NCBI GenBank assembly: GCA_963809485.1
Contig: CAWEJX010000008.1
Coordinates: 1 to 64,000, forward strand
Reading direction: 5' to 3'
From: an uncultured Acidobacteriota bacterium
GTDB lineage: Bacteria > Acidobacteriota > UBA6911
Length of the DNA: 64,000 nucleotides
The notes beneath the pieces are model-generated. The model was not told the DNA's origin, ran no database searches, and saw only the letters and a list, made by a program, of their open reading frames with translations. Of the stretch, positions 41,764 to 51,043 are shown piece after piece; position 1 is the stretch's first letter, and each line of letters begins with the position of its first letter. The translations under genes were made by a program, and so were the position numbers.

Positions 41764-42270
41764 ATGGAAAATAGTCTGATTGTCCCGATTGTTTTTTATT
41801 TTTTCGCCGCCATAACCATCGGCTCGGCCATGATTGTGGTTTTTGCGCGGAACCTCATACATTCCGCGTTCGCGCTGCTGTTTACGTTCGGCGGCGTCGC
41901 TGCGCTTTATGCTTTCATAGGCGCCGATTTTCTCGCAGCGACCCAGATGGTGATTTATGTCGGCGGGATTCTGGTGCTGTTGCTGTTCGGCGTCATGCTC
42001 ACCCATAAGCTGTACGACCTGAATCTTAAAGCGGAGACCTACCAGGTCTGGCCGGGCACCGCAGCCGTGCTGGTGGTGTTTGCTTTGCTGGTGACCTTCA
42101 TGCTGCGGACCCGCTGGTTCAGCGGCGGAAGGGGCGGGGATGATCCGACGACGGCCGCTATCGGAGAACTCTTCATGCAGGACTACATACTCCCATTCGA
42201 GGTTGCGTCGATTCTTCTGCTGATCGCTTTGATCGGCGCGGCCATGATTGTCAGGAGAAGACCCGAATGA
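41764..42270 (+). CDS. nuoJ: NADH-quinone oxidoreductase subunit J
   Basis: Q..IYVGGI.VL.LFGVML, PFE..S..LL.A. Confidence 0.93.
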   Translation: MENSLIVPIVFYFFAAITIGSAMIVVFARNLIHSAFALLFTFGGVAALYAFIGADFLAATQMVIYVGGILVLLLFGVMLTHKLYDLNLKAETYQVWPGTAAVLVVFALLVTFMLRTRWFSGGRGGDDPTTAAIGELFMQDYILPFEVASILLLIALIGAAMIVRRRPE

Positions 42271-42572
42271 TTGGACTCAGCCATTTCCTCATTGTCAGCG
42301 CAACGCTCTTCTGCCTGGGGCTTCTGGCGGTTTTTACGCGCAAAAATGCGGTGAACGTCCTTATGGGGGTCGAGCTGATTCTGAATTCCGCCAACCTCAA
42401 TCTGATCGCCTTTTCCAAATACTCCGCGGCAAAGATCGACGGCCAGGTTTTCGCCGCCTTCGTCATAGTGGTGGCCGCAGCCGAGGTGGCGGTCGCTTTG
42501 GCCATCGTGCTGACCATGTACCGGATTATCAAATCGGTCAATCTGGATCGGGCGGATACCTTGAAGGGGTAG
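42267..42572 (+). CDS. nuoK: NADH-quinone oxidoreductase subunit K
   Basis: ELILN, AAAEVAVALA. Confidence 0.93.
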   Translation: MIGLSHFLIVSATLFCLGLLAVFTRKNAVNVLMGVELILNSANLNLIAFSKYSAAKIDGQVFAAFVIVVAAAEVAVALAIVLTMYRIIKSVNLDRADTLKG

Positions 42573-42574
42573 TC

Positions 42575-44068
42575 ATGAATCCACAGATTCTCATGGATCT
42601 CAAAAAATTCTATCCCGAGCTGGCATTGAGCGTCGCGCTCCTTTGTGTCGTGATCGGCGATCTGGCCTTCCCGCGTTTTCATAAAAAAATCACATTCCTC
42701 ATCGCGGCGCTGGGCCTGGTGCTGGCTTTCCTCGCGAGCCTTCCGCTTTTCCAGGAACCTTCGGGCACCCTGTTTTTCGGCGTCCTGGCGCTGGACCCGG
42801 CGGCTGTTTTTTTCAAATGTTTCCTGATCCTCACTTCGTTCCTGATTCTCCTGGCGACTCCGGGATCCGTGGAACTCGGACAGAGGCGACTGGGCGAATT
42901 TTACTCCCTCCTGCTTGGAGTCACGCTCGGCCTTCTCCTGCTGGCCGCCAGCGAAGATATGCTGATGCTGTATCTGTCGCTGGAAATGGTTTCAATCGGA
43001 AGCTACATCATGGTCGGCTATCTGAAAAATGACCGGCAATCCAACGAAGCCGCGTTGAAGTACCTGCTGTTCGGCGCCGTATCTTCCGGCTGCATGCTTT
43101 ATGGATTCACGCTGTTCTACGGTCTGACAGGCACTACCAAGCTCATGGGCATGCGCGAGGTCCTGACCTCGGGCGGTGCGGCCGGGGACAACGCCGTGAT
43201 GCTCCTGATCGCCTCGACGGCAGTGCTCGCCGGATTCGGCTTTAAAACAGCGGCCGTGCCCTTTCATTTCTGGTGCCCGGATGTTTACACGGGCGCGCCG
43301 ACCCCGGTGACGGCGTTTTTAAGCGTCGCCCCCAAGGCGGCCGGATTCGCCATCCTGGTGAGATTTTTCTTCACCGGCCTGGCGCTCCCATCGGCCGATA
43401 CAGGCTCCTGGACCCCGCTGAGCTCCATCGACTGGCGGCTTCTCGTTCTGGTGTTGTCGATCCTGACAATGACGCTCGGCAACATTGCCGCACTGCGCCA
43501 GGAAAATATGAAACGCCTGCTGGCTTATTCATCCATTGCGCATGCCGGATATATCCTGATGGGAGTGGCGGTGCTGACCTCCCAGGGCATACAGTCGATC
43601 CTGATTTACCTGATCACCTACCTCTTCATGAATCTGGGGGCATTCCTGGTCGTCATCGAAATCTACAACCGAACCGGAAGCTTCGACCTCAAGGATTACC
43701 GGGGGCTTTACAGGCGCTCTCCGTTCCTGTCCATTGCCATGACAATTTTCATGCTTTCGCTGATGGGGATTCCGCCTCTGGCCGGGTTTTTCGGCAAATT
43801 ATACGTATTCGGCGCAGCCGTCAATGCGAACCTTGCGTGGTTCGCGGTTGTAGGGGCTTTAAACAGCGTTATTGCCGTCTATTATTACGCGCGGGTGATC
43901 AAAACCATGATCATCGAAGCCCAGGAAGACATGACCAGGATTGTCACACCCTGGACGGGTCTCGTCCTGGTCTGGTTCATGTTGCTCCCGACGGTAGGGC
44001 TCATGCTGTTCTGGAGTCAGATCCAGCAGCTGACCCTGACATCCATGAAGTTGTTCCTCGGGAATTGA
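42575..44068 (+). CDS. nuoN: NADH-quinone oxidoreductase subunit N
   Basis: EAALKY, FK..AVPFHFW.PDVY.GAP, KRLLAYSSIAH. Confidence 0.93.
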   Translation: MNPQILMDLKKFYPELALSVALLCVVIGDLAFPRFHKKITFLIAALGLVLAFLASLPLFQEPSGTLFFGVLALDPAAVFFKCFLILTSFLILLATPGSVELGQRRLGEFYSLLLGVTLGLLLLAASEDMLMLYLSLEMVSIGSYIMVGYLKNDRQSNEAALKYLLFGAVSSGCMLYGFTLFYGLTGTTKLMGMREVLTSGGAAGDNAVMLLIASTAVLAGFGFKTAAVPFHFWCPDVYTGAPTPVTAFLSVAPKAAGFAILVRFFFTGLALPSADTGSWTPLSSIDWRLLVLVLSILTMTLGNIAALRQENMKRLLAYSSIAHAGYILMGVAVLTSQGIQSILIYLITYLFMNLGAFLVVIEIYNRTGSFDLKDYRGLYRRSPFLSIAMTIFMLSLMGIPPLAGFFGKLYVFGAAVNANLAWFAVVGALNSVIAVYYYARVIKTMIIEAQEDMTRIVTPWTGLVLVWFMLLPTVGLMLFWSQIQQLTLTSMKLFLGN

Positions 44069-44354
44069 TTTTATGGGAGGTCCGCCGTCTCTGCCGGCGA
44101 GGCAATCTCGGTTTGACAAATGGCGGAGCATGCCTTTTCGCCGGCGTTCTGAATATCGAATTTCGAATGTCGAACCGCAGAAGCTATGGCAGGACCTCGA
44201 AATTCATTATTCTGCATTCGACATTCTGTGGTTCAAATAGCTTTCAGGACGGTTATTGCGGGTGAAACCGGCTTAATCCTTTATCGGTCGCGATCAGGCC
44301 CCTTTGAGGGGCCAGCAGCCGTTAAGCCCTGAGCTCTGCCGGAGGATACCTGGC
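44066..44354 (+). mobile_element. family-B miniature element, best-preserved copy
   Basis: Starts at the nuoN stop (TGA-T); left hairpin CCGCCGTCTCTGCCGGCG..GTTTGACA; TCGAAT palindrome; GGCCCCTTTGAGGGGCC; right end ..GCTCTGCCGGAGGATACCTGGC. Confidence 0.72.
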
Positions 44355-44366
44355 TTGAATCTCGAA

Positions 44367-45413
44367 TCAATCAGAGATATAGCGGCCTGTGTGCAGGTAA
44401 TTCATTACGACGGTAGTTCCCAGGGCTGCAAGGGATGCCAGACTGCAGCCTTCCGCCTCCGGAGCCAGGGATAGCCCCAATTCGCGGCTACGGAGGAAAA
44501 ATCGTCCAATCACAGGGGCAACAACTTTTTCGCGGGCGCCTGTCCAGCGGGAGATGGTCTCGACAAGAAAATGCCGGTTTTTCCTTATGAGGTCCTTGGC
44601 AAGAACGGTTCTCCTGTGGCCGTTGGATGCCGAAGAAAATATCCGGCTCAAATCGTCATCATAAAGCCCCAATGCTTTGTCCTTGAACTGATCCAGGGTT
44701 TCTCCGTAATACTCGATCAACGTATAGGTCTTCGAGTGGTAGGGGGAGTCTAGAGCTCCGGCGGTCACGCGAGGCCGCTTGTCTCTCAAACTGACCATGA
44801 GCCGGTCGACGTACTCCAGCTTTTTCAGCGACGGCCATTTTTTGTAAGTATTGCGCCAATTCGAACGCGGCGTCAGCCAGACGGCAAAAGTTTCCGCAAA
44901 ATCCTCATCCGGATGAGCCTGCGCATAATACTTCGGTTCTCCCTGGCTCTTTACGTAACTCCGGCTGAAGGGATTAAACTTAAACTTGAAGTTTGTCGGG
45001 TATGTAGCGTAAAAATCACCAAAATACTCGCGCCATTCAGGCTCATTATAAAGCATGTAGGCATAGTTTATGGCGTGGCCTGTTTCGTGGCGGAGCAGGA
45101 TCATGAGATCGCGCTTGTCGTAGGTTGCATATCCCATCTCCCGCTCTATCCTGATCAGTCTGTTATCAGCCAGGTGGAATGGAATGCCGATAATGGGAAC
45201 TCGGTCCGGACACCCCCATTCGTCGCCGGCACAGGCGAAATAATAAGCAGGCTTGAACGAGAGTTTCTTGGATTCAAGTTCCGAATAAAGCTTTTGGATA
45301 CAACGGAATAGCAGGGTCTGTTCGAATTCGAGAGGCAGGTCGCACACCCGCGTGTTCAGCAGTGTGTACCTTTCTGTCTCCCAGTTTAATTCAAGTTGAA
45401 GCTTCGTGGCCAT
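44367..45413 (-). CDS. putative zinc-binding metallopeptidase
   Basis: LRHETGHA (HExxH) and YAQAHPDEDFAETFAVWL. Confidence 0.82.
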   Translation of the reverse strand: MATKLQLELNWETERYTLLNTRVCDLPLEFEQTLLFRCIQKLYSELESKKLSFKPAYYFACAGDEWGCPDRVPIIGIPFHLADNRLIRIEREMGYATYDKRDLMILLRHETGHAINYAYMLYNEPEWREYFGDFYATYPTNFKFKFNPFSRSYVKSQGEPKYYAQAHPDEDFAETFAVWLTPRSNWRNTYKKWPSLKKLEYVDRLMVSLRDKRPRVTAGALDSPYHSKTYTLIEYYGETLDQFKDKALGLYDDDLSRIFSSASNGHRRTVLAKDLIRKNRHFLVETISRWTGAREKVVAPVIGRFFLRSRELGLSLAPEAEGCSLASLAALGTTVVMNYLHTGRYISD

Positions 45414-45619
45414 CGCAATGACTGCACTGAAAAGTCCTTTGATCCCGGTTAGGGAATCCTCGGCTGTCAAGCGGTGCCTGCATCATGCTGACCCCGCGCC
45501 GGACCGGCAAAAGGATTATATTCGATAGAATGGCCCTCGTGAAGAGGGTTTTATATAAATATATATTTGGCTATCCCATTGAAAACAAACGTGATAGATA
45601 TCAATGAAAACAGCCGAAG

Positions 45620-45976
45620 CTATTTGGGCTTGTCGGACGCAGAAATGCTGATTTCAGTTGCCGATCCGTCAATCGGAATGCCGTTGCGGCTTCCTTTGCC
45701 AAGCTCCAGCTTTACCTGGATAATGGAGAAGGCTTTAAGGTCCTTGAATTCCGCCGCTTTCCCATCGATCGTAATCTTGGCCGAGGAGGCATCCAGCAGA
45801 TATTTGGTTTTGCCCGGAATCTGGGAGACAAGTATCAGCTTCTCCGAAGCGGATATGGAGAGCAGCCGGTATGCGCCGGTTTCCACTGCCAGGCAAAGCG
45901 AAATCAAACCAAGCAGACACAAAGCCACGCCAATTTTTCGGGTTGTGAGAATCGCGACATCGGCCCTACCGAACAT
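45620..45976 (-). CDS. small exported hypothetical protein
   Basis: Hydrophobic N-terminus and beta-rich domain; start uncertain. Confidence 0.55.
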   Translation of the reverse strand: MFGRADVAILTTRKIGVALCLLGLISLCLAVETGAYRLLSISASEKLILVSQIPGKTKYLLDASSAKITIDGKAAEFKDLKAFSIIQVKLELGKGSRNGIPIDGSATEISISASDKPK

Positions 45977-46095
45977 CCTATGCCAGCTCCGCGAAAGTAA
46001 ATTACACTGATTGGAGTGTCATTCGCACTGTAAGGTTCAAAAATCCGGCGCACGTCCTCCGCTGGAACCTATTATAGCCATAATCCGTTTTTCTC

Positions 46096-46495
46096 ATAAT
46101 TCTATTGGTAAACCCATGGCTCTGCCGTGGGACTCATAGAGTTTGACAGCTGCGTATTTTGAAACGCTGAGATACGCTGACAAAAGCGCTGACAAACGAT
46201 TTGTTCGGCGAGGGTCGGCGAGCAAAAGCCGATGAGGCGCTTCCGATGGAGTTTTCTGCGGCGGCACTGTGGCAAGCGCCGTGCGGCAAGGAGATGGAGG
46301 GTATGTGAAAGCGGGCGTTTGCCACAGTGCCGCCGCAGAAAACTGTCCAGCGCGGAGCGCTGGCCCCTGCGGGGATCGGAAGCGCCTCATCGGCTTTTGC
46401 CCGCGTAAGTCAGCGTTCAAGACCAGCGTAACTCCTCCAACCGCTTTGAGCGGCTCCAATCTTTCAATCCTCGAGCTTTGCCGGAGGCACCTGAC
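46096..46495 (+). mobile_element. family-A miniature element, full-length copy A7
   Basis: TAAT-TCTATTGGTAAA left end through GCCGGAGGCACCTGAC right end; nested inverted repeats as in A6. Confidence 0.88.
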
Positions 46496-46681
46496 ATTCT
46501 TGCTGTTGTTCATTGAATCCTGCACTCCGTTTTTGTGTATGCCATCGTATGCTGCGGCATGCGCCCATCGATCTGCAACTCATACAGACGTTCCGGTTCA
46601 CCGCAACGGCAGGCGTATTTGCTTTACGGGTTGCGAGTTATGCGCCGGCGTGCTATCCATTGCAGAACGGGAGACGGCGAA

Positions 46682-47869
46682 GTGGGAAAAAGTGCAGCCC
46701 TAATGCTTTTATTGTTTTTATCCTGCGCCCCATCCGTCTTATCCCAGGACCTGAAGAAGTCAATAGTGTTTCCCCTCGAGATCCCATCTCAAGCGCAAAA
46801 GCTTGAGTGGCTGAGTGAAGGGATTGCCCTCTCTATTTCCGGGCAGCTTGAAGGCGGCGCCGTGAAGGCAGTGGACCGCAACGACAGGATTGAGGTGGTT
46901 GAAAAAATGGATCTGCCTCCGGGCGCGCAGCTCAGCCGGGCGAGCATGATCCGGGCAGCGCAACAGTCTGGCGTCGATCTTCTGATAATGGGCGTGATTG
47001 CGGGTACGGAATCCAGTCTTAAAATCCTTGTCCGGGCGCTCGATATCCAGTCCATGAAACTCAGCGGCGACATGGTGGCCAACGGCCCCCTGTCGGCGCT
47101 CCAGCAAATGGAAAACGAGCTAGCCTGGATGATCCTGAACAACACGGGTCTGAAAAGCGATGTTTCGAGAGAAGCCTTCGCATCGAGGACACGCAAGGAG
47201 CCCAACTCCGCATATTCTCTATTTATTCAGAGCCTCAGCACCGCCAGCGAAAAAGAGCAGCTTCGGCTGCTGTCCAAGGCAGTCGCCGAATACCGGGATT
47301 TCCCTCAGGCCCAGTTCCTGATCGGCCGCCTCTATTATCGCCGGGGCGAATGCGACAAAGCGTTGCCGCACCTCATGCTGGGCCGCGGGGAAGGCTGGCA
47401 GACGGAGGAAAACGAATTCATGTGCGGAACCTGCTATCTGCAGCAGAGTCTGCCCGACCTGGCGATTCAGACGCTCTCGAGCTTACCGTCCGCCTCCAGC
47501 TCCCATGAAGTGCTGAACAACCTTGGGGCGGCTTATCTGCTCAAAGGGGATGATGAGGGAGCTCGTCGCTGCCTCGAGGAAGCCCTGAAAATCGCCCATG
47601 CAGATTCGACAGCTTCCCTGAATTATGCAATCGTCCGGCATCTGCAGGGAAATGACGCGGAGGCCCGCAGGGTGCTGGAGGAAGCTTCAAAGGCGCACCC
47701 GAAGAGCGGAATGATTCATTTTCTCCTGAGCATTTTGCTCAAAGATGCGGGAGAGGTTGAAAGTGCCGCCCCCGCCGCAGAGAGGGCCAGGAACCTCGGC
47801 ATTAACGTGGAAAAGCTTCAGTCGGAAAATCCCCGGTCATGGTCCCGCGTCATCACCTCCTGGGAATAG
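46682..47869 (+). CDS. exported TPR-repeat protein
   Basis: Signal-like N-terminus, WLSEGIA domain, TPR helices (NNLGAAY); GTG start inferred. Confidence 0.75.
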   Translation: MGKSAALMLLLFLSCAPSVLSQDLKKSIVFPLEIPSQAQKLEWLSEGIALSISGQLEGGAVKAVDRNDRIEVVEKMDLPPGAQLSRASMIRAAQQSGVDLLIMGVIAGTESSLKILVRALDIQSMKLSGDMVANGPLSALQQMENELAWMILNNTGLKSDVSREAFASRTRKEPNSAYSLFIQSLSTASEKEQLRLLSKAVAEYRDFPQAQFLIGRLYYRRGECDKALPHLMLGRGEGWQTEENEFMCGTCYLQQSLPDLAIQTLSSLPSASSSHEVLNNLGAAYLLKGDDEGARRCLEEALKIAHADSTASLNYAIVRHLQGNDAEARRVLEEASKAHPKSGMIHFLLSILLKDAGEVESAAPAAERARNLGINVEKLQSENPRSWSRVITSWE

Positions 47870-47880
47870 ATGTGCAGCCC

Positions 47881-47920
47881 TAATCCAATGAAAGATCCAC
47901 CGGCTCTGCCGGAGGATAAT
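47881..47920 (+). repeat. isolated family-B left-end hairpin
   Basis: TAATCCAATGAAAGATCCACCGGCTCTGCCGGAGGA resembles 24812-24845. Confidence 0.55.
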
Positions 47921-48059
47921 ACTTCGCGCTGGAATCCATGGATCGGCAATCCTCCTTCTTCAGCCGATGTTGCCGGTTTTTCCTGCCTGTGTTCACCAAT
48001 TGCCGACGATTTGGGAACGACCTGGCAAAAACCGGGAGAGCAAACATATTCCGGCAAAC

Positions 48060-48088
48060 TTGACAAGGTTTCTCGTCCCACATAAGAT
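48060..48088 (+). promoter_or_regulatory. sigma70 promoter of tRNA-Leu
   Basis: TTGACA-17 bp-TAAGAT. Confidence 0.75.
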
Positions 48089-48103
48089 AGCCTAAATGGT
48101 TGC

Positions 48104-48190
48104 GCCGAAGTGGCGGAATTGGCAGACGCGCTAGGTTCAGGGTCTAGTGGGCTTAAGCTCGTGGGGGTTCGAGTCCCCCCTTCGGCACCA
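48104..48190 (+). tRNA. tRNA-Leu(CAG)
   Basis: GCCGAAG/CTTCGGC acceptor stem, CTAGG-TTCAGGG-TCTAG anticodon arm, long variable arm, GTTCGAG, ACCA. Confidence 0.95.
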
Positions 48191-48318
48191 TACCTTCCAT
48201 CCCGGATAGCTCAAAGCGCTGAAAGATTCAATCATCCGTTGGCAGAGTCTGCAGGAAGGCACCGTCTCGAGCACCGGACTCGTGAGGATATCCCTCGGCC
48301 TTGGTCGGCGTGGATTTT

Positions 48319-49296
48319 CTATCCCAGTGAGATAGGGACCGGAATGAACGAGAGGATCAAAATAGCCGCAGCGAGCAGACCCAGGAATATTCTTCCGGGT
48401 CCCAGTTCCTCCTCATCGCGCAGAGTTGAGGGATGGTAGAAGCGAACGCGCAATCCTATAACCAGAAGAAGCAGCGCAAAAAGCAGATACGATGGCGTCG
48501 GCCATCCCAGGAAGCTCAGAAGCACCAGGGCGATGCCAGCGCCAATCGAGATTCTTCTCTGCGCCGAACGTCCGAAAACCGCATAGGCTATATGGCCGCC
48601 GTCCAGTTGCCATATGGGCAACAGGTTCAGGCTGGTGGCCAGAAGGCCGAACCATGCAGCCATCGCGATGGGATGCACAAGCAGATCCTGGCTGGCCGGG
48701 GCATATCCCAGTATAAGGCGCGCAGACAACCGGAGGATCAGCGGCTCTCCAAAACTCAACCCTCCGGAGATGCTGCCCTTAGGAACAATCCGGGACAGGG
48801 CGAGCCCAATCCAGAGGGCTGGAAGCACAAAGGCGAATCCTGCCAATGGCCCTGCAATCCCTATATCGAATAGTGCGCGCTTGTGCCGGAACGGGGATTT
48901 GATCTTGATGAACGCGCCCAGGGTCCCGGCAATGGAGATGGGCGCCGGCACAAAATAGGGCGGAGTGCAATGGACACCGTAGTAACGGCAGGCCATAAAA
49001 TGCCCCATCTCATGAGCCAGCAGGATTACGATCAATGGGACGGAAAACGCCAGTCCCTGCAAAATCAGGCCAGGCCTCGACAATGTCAGCCGGGTGGCCG
49101 AAAAAAAACCGATATCTCCAAAGAAATAAAACAATCCCGCAAAGGAGGTGCTTAGAAGTGTTACACCGAAGAGTACCGCCGCAAGGATCCACTCGCGCCG
49201 GGCCGGGCTGGGTGCCTTGAATCGCGTTTCCACGCCGGGCGGACTCGTGCTCCACGGCGAAGTCACGGGCGGAAATTCCGGAAGATTACTGCTCAC
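48319..49296 (-). CDS. site-2 protease (M50) family protein
   Basis: AHEMGH, AGP, NLLPIWQLDGGH. Confidence 0.9.
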   Translation of the reverse strand: MSSNLPEFPPVTSPWSTSPPGVETRFKAPSPARREWILAAVLFGVTLLSTSFAGLFYFFGDIGFFSATRLTLSRPGLILQGLAFSVPLIVILLAHEMGHFMACRYYGVHCTPPYFVPAPISIAGTLGAFIKIKSPFRHKRALFDIGIAGPLAGFAFVLPALWIGLALSRIVPKGSISGGLSFGEPLILRLSARLILGYAPASQDLLVHPIAMAAWFGLLATSLNLLPIWQLDGGHIAYAVFGRSAQRRISIGAGIALVLLSFLGWPTPSYLLFALLLLVIGLRVRFYHPSTLRDEEELGPGRIFLGLLAAAILILSFIPVPISLG

Positions 49297-49335
49297 AACA
49301 ATATGGAGCCTTATGCTGACGTGATGGACAAGGTA

Positions 49336-49626
49336 TCACTCGGAAACACCGCTCGCTATCTTGTCGGCGCGTATTTCTTTACCAGGCTTAAAACGAATGG
49401 TCTTGCCCGGAGGAATGGCAACCTCTTCTCCTGTGCGAGGATTGCGTCCAACACCGCTTTTTCTGGGCTTGACGATGAATACCCCAAATCCCCGCAGCTC
49501 AATTCTTTCACCACGCTTCAGCGCATTCTTGAGCGAATTGAAGACAGATTCCACCGCAATTTCCGCTTTCACTTTGGTGATGTTCAACTGCTCAGCAACA
49601 CGGTTTACGATGTCCTGCTTTATCAC
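49336..49626 (-). CDS. HU/IHF-family DNA-binding protein
   Basis: IELRGFG, GRNPRTGE, FKPGK. Confidence 0.92.
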   Translation of the reverse strand: MIKQDIVNRVAEQLNITKVKAEIAVESVFNSLKNALKRGERIELRGFGVFIVKPRKSGVGRNPRTGEEVAIPPGKTIRFKPGKEIRADKIASGVSE

Positions 49627-49654
49627 GCTGAACCTCCCTTAAGTTAGTGAGGGC

Positions 49655-49683
49655 ATTTTACTTGTGGCAAAATTTGCTGTCAA
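49655..49683 (-). promoter_or_regulatory. sigma70 promoter of the HU/IHF gene
   Basis: TTGACA-17 bp-TAAAAT on the minus strand. Confidence 0.7.
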
Positions 49684-49804
49684 GCCATTTCTATTTACAG
49701 AAATTCCAGTCAATGATACAGTGGCGCGCCGCCGCCCCGATCGCCGGGAAAATATATCTGCAGTGGACCGGAAGCGTACACTGCAAATTTTGAGGAGACC
49801 GCCC

Positions 49805-50359
49805 ATGCCTGTACTGCCTGATCAATGGATCCGCGATATGGCTAGAAAGTCCCACATGATTGAGCCTTACGCTGATTTGCGCAAACGCAGCCGAAAGATA
49901 TCCTACGGAGCCTCTTCCTACGGCTACGACTACCGTCTCTCCGATGAATACAAAATTCCGGATTTCGGAGATGAAGATAGACTGGACCCGAAAAAGATGG
50001 ATAAGGCGCGATTTAAGGACTACAAGGGGCGATATTGCTGGATCCCCCCGAATTCCTACATCCTGGCCCGATCGCTGGAGTACTTTCGCATTCCCCGGGA
50101 TGTCCTCGCAATCTGTCAGGGCAAATCCACTTACGCGCGCAGCGGCGTGATTGTGAACGTGACGCCTCTCGAACCTGAATGGGAAGGCTACATCACCATG
50201 GCGCTGGTCAATGCAGCACCGGTCCCCGCTAAAGTCTACTCGAGAGAGGGTATTGGTCAGATTGTGTTCCTTCGTGCGGAAGATCAGTGCAAAGTTTCAT
50301 ATGCGGACCGAAAAGGCAAATACCAGGCGCAACAAAGGATCCGCCTGTCCCGCGTCTGA
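49805..50359 (+). CDS. dcd: dCTP deaminase
   Basis: SYGASSYGYD, GKSTYAR, TPLEPEWEG, GKYQ. Confidence 0.93.
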   Translation: MPVLPDQWIRDMARKSHMIEPYADLRKRSRKISYGASSYGYDYRLSDEYKIPDFGDEDRLDPKKMDKARFKDYKGRYCWIPPNSYILARSLEYFRIPRDVLAICQGKSTYARSGVIVNVTPLEPEWEGYITMALVNAAPVPAKVYSREGIGQIVFLRAEDQCKVSYADRKGKYQAQQRIRLSRV

Positions 50360-50476
50360 TTCCGGGATCGGGCCTGAATGGCAATACCCAATGCCCTGAG
50401 TCATGAAGGTTGACAGGCATCGTTTTGGATGTATTTATTAAAGCAGGCACATCTTCAAGGCATGGGAAAGGAACTG

Positions 50477-51043
50477 ATGACCGGAAAAAACCGCAGGGTA
50501 TTTCATCCTTGCCGCTTCGCGACAATAGCGCTGATCGGCATGCTTCTTTGCGGAGGATGCGGCTATCGGGTGCGCAGCTCGGCCGGCACACTCCCATCCG
50601 GCATGCAATCTCTCGGCATACCGACATTTATCAATCGCACGGGCCAGTATAAAATCGAACAAATAATATCCGCCGCAGTATTGAAAGAGTTTTCGCTCCG
50701 CACGAAAGCGAAAATCAACTCAAGCGGCTCCGGTGTGGATTCCGTGCTTCTGGGCGAAATCCGCGGTTTGAGCGCCGTGCCGGTGACATTTGGCAACCAG
50801 ACCTCCGGGTCGCAGACCTTTGGATCCGCTTTTCTGGTTACCGTCCAGATAAGCGCAAAATTGAAGCGGCTGCAGGATTCCGCCGTGCTCTGGCAAAACG
50901 ACAATTTTTTGTTCCGCGAAAGATATACGATGAACAGCAGCGTGCGGGATTTCTTTTCGGAAGAAAACCCGGCGCTGGAAAGGCTTTCCCGAAATTTTGC
51001 CGAAAGCCTCGCCGGCGCCATACTGGATCGGTCCAAACCTTGA
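50477..51043 (+). CDS. lptE: LptE-family lipoprotein
   Basis: GCGY lipobox-like motif, F.NRT; lies upstream of holA. Confidence 0.75.
   Translation: MTGKNRRVFHPCRFATIALIGMLLCGGCGYRVRSSAGTLPSGMQSLGIPTFINRTGQYKIEQIISAAVLKEFSLRTKAKINSSGSGVDSVLLGEIRGLSAVPVTFGNQTSGSQTFGSAFLVTVQISAKLKRLQDSAVLWQNDNFLFRERYTMNSSVRDFFSEENPALERLSRNFAESLAGAILDRSKP

Noticed and set aside
48104-48318. tRNA-Leu as an island integration site
   Set aside because: No integrase or duplicated 3' end is visible, and core genes flank it.
48110-48439. ORF MAELADALGSGSSG...
   Set aside because: It is a translation of the tRNA-Leu gene.
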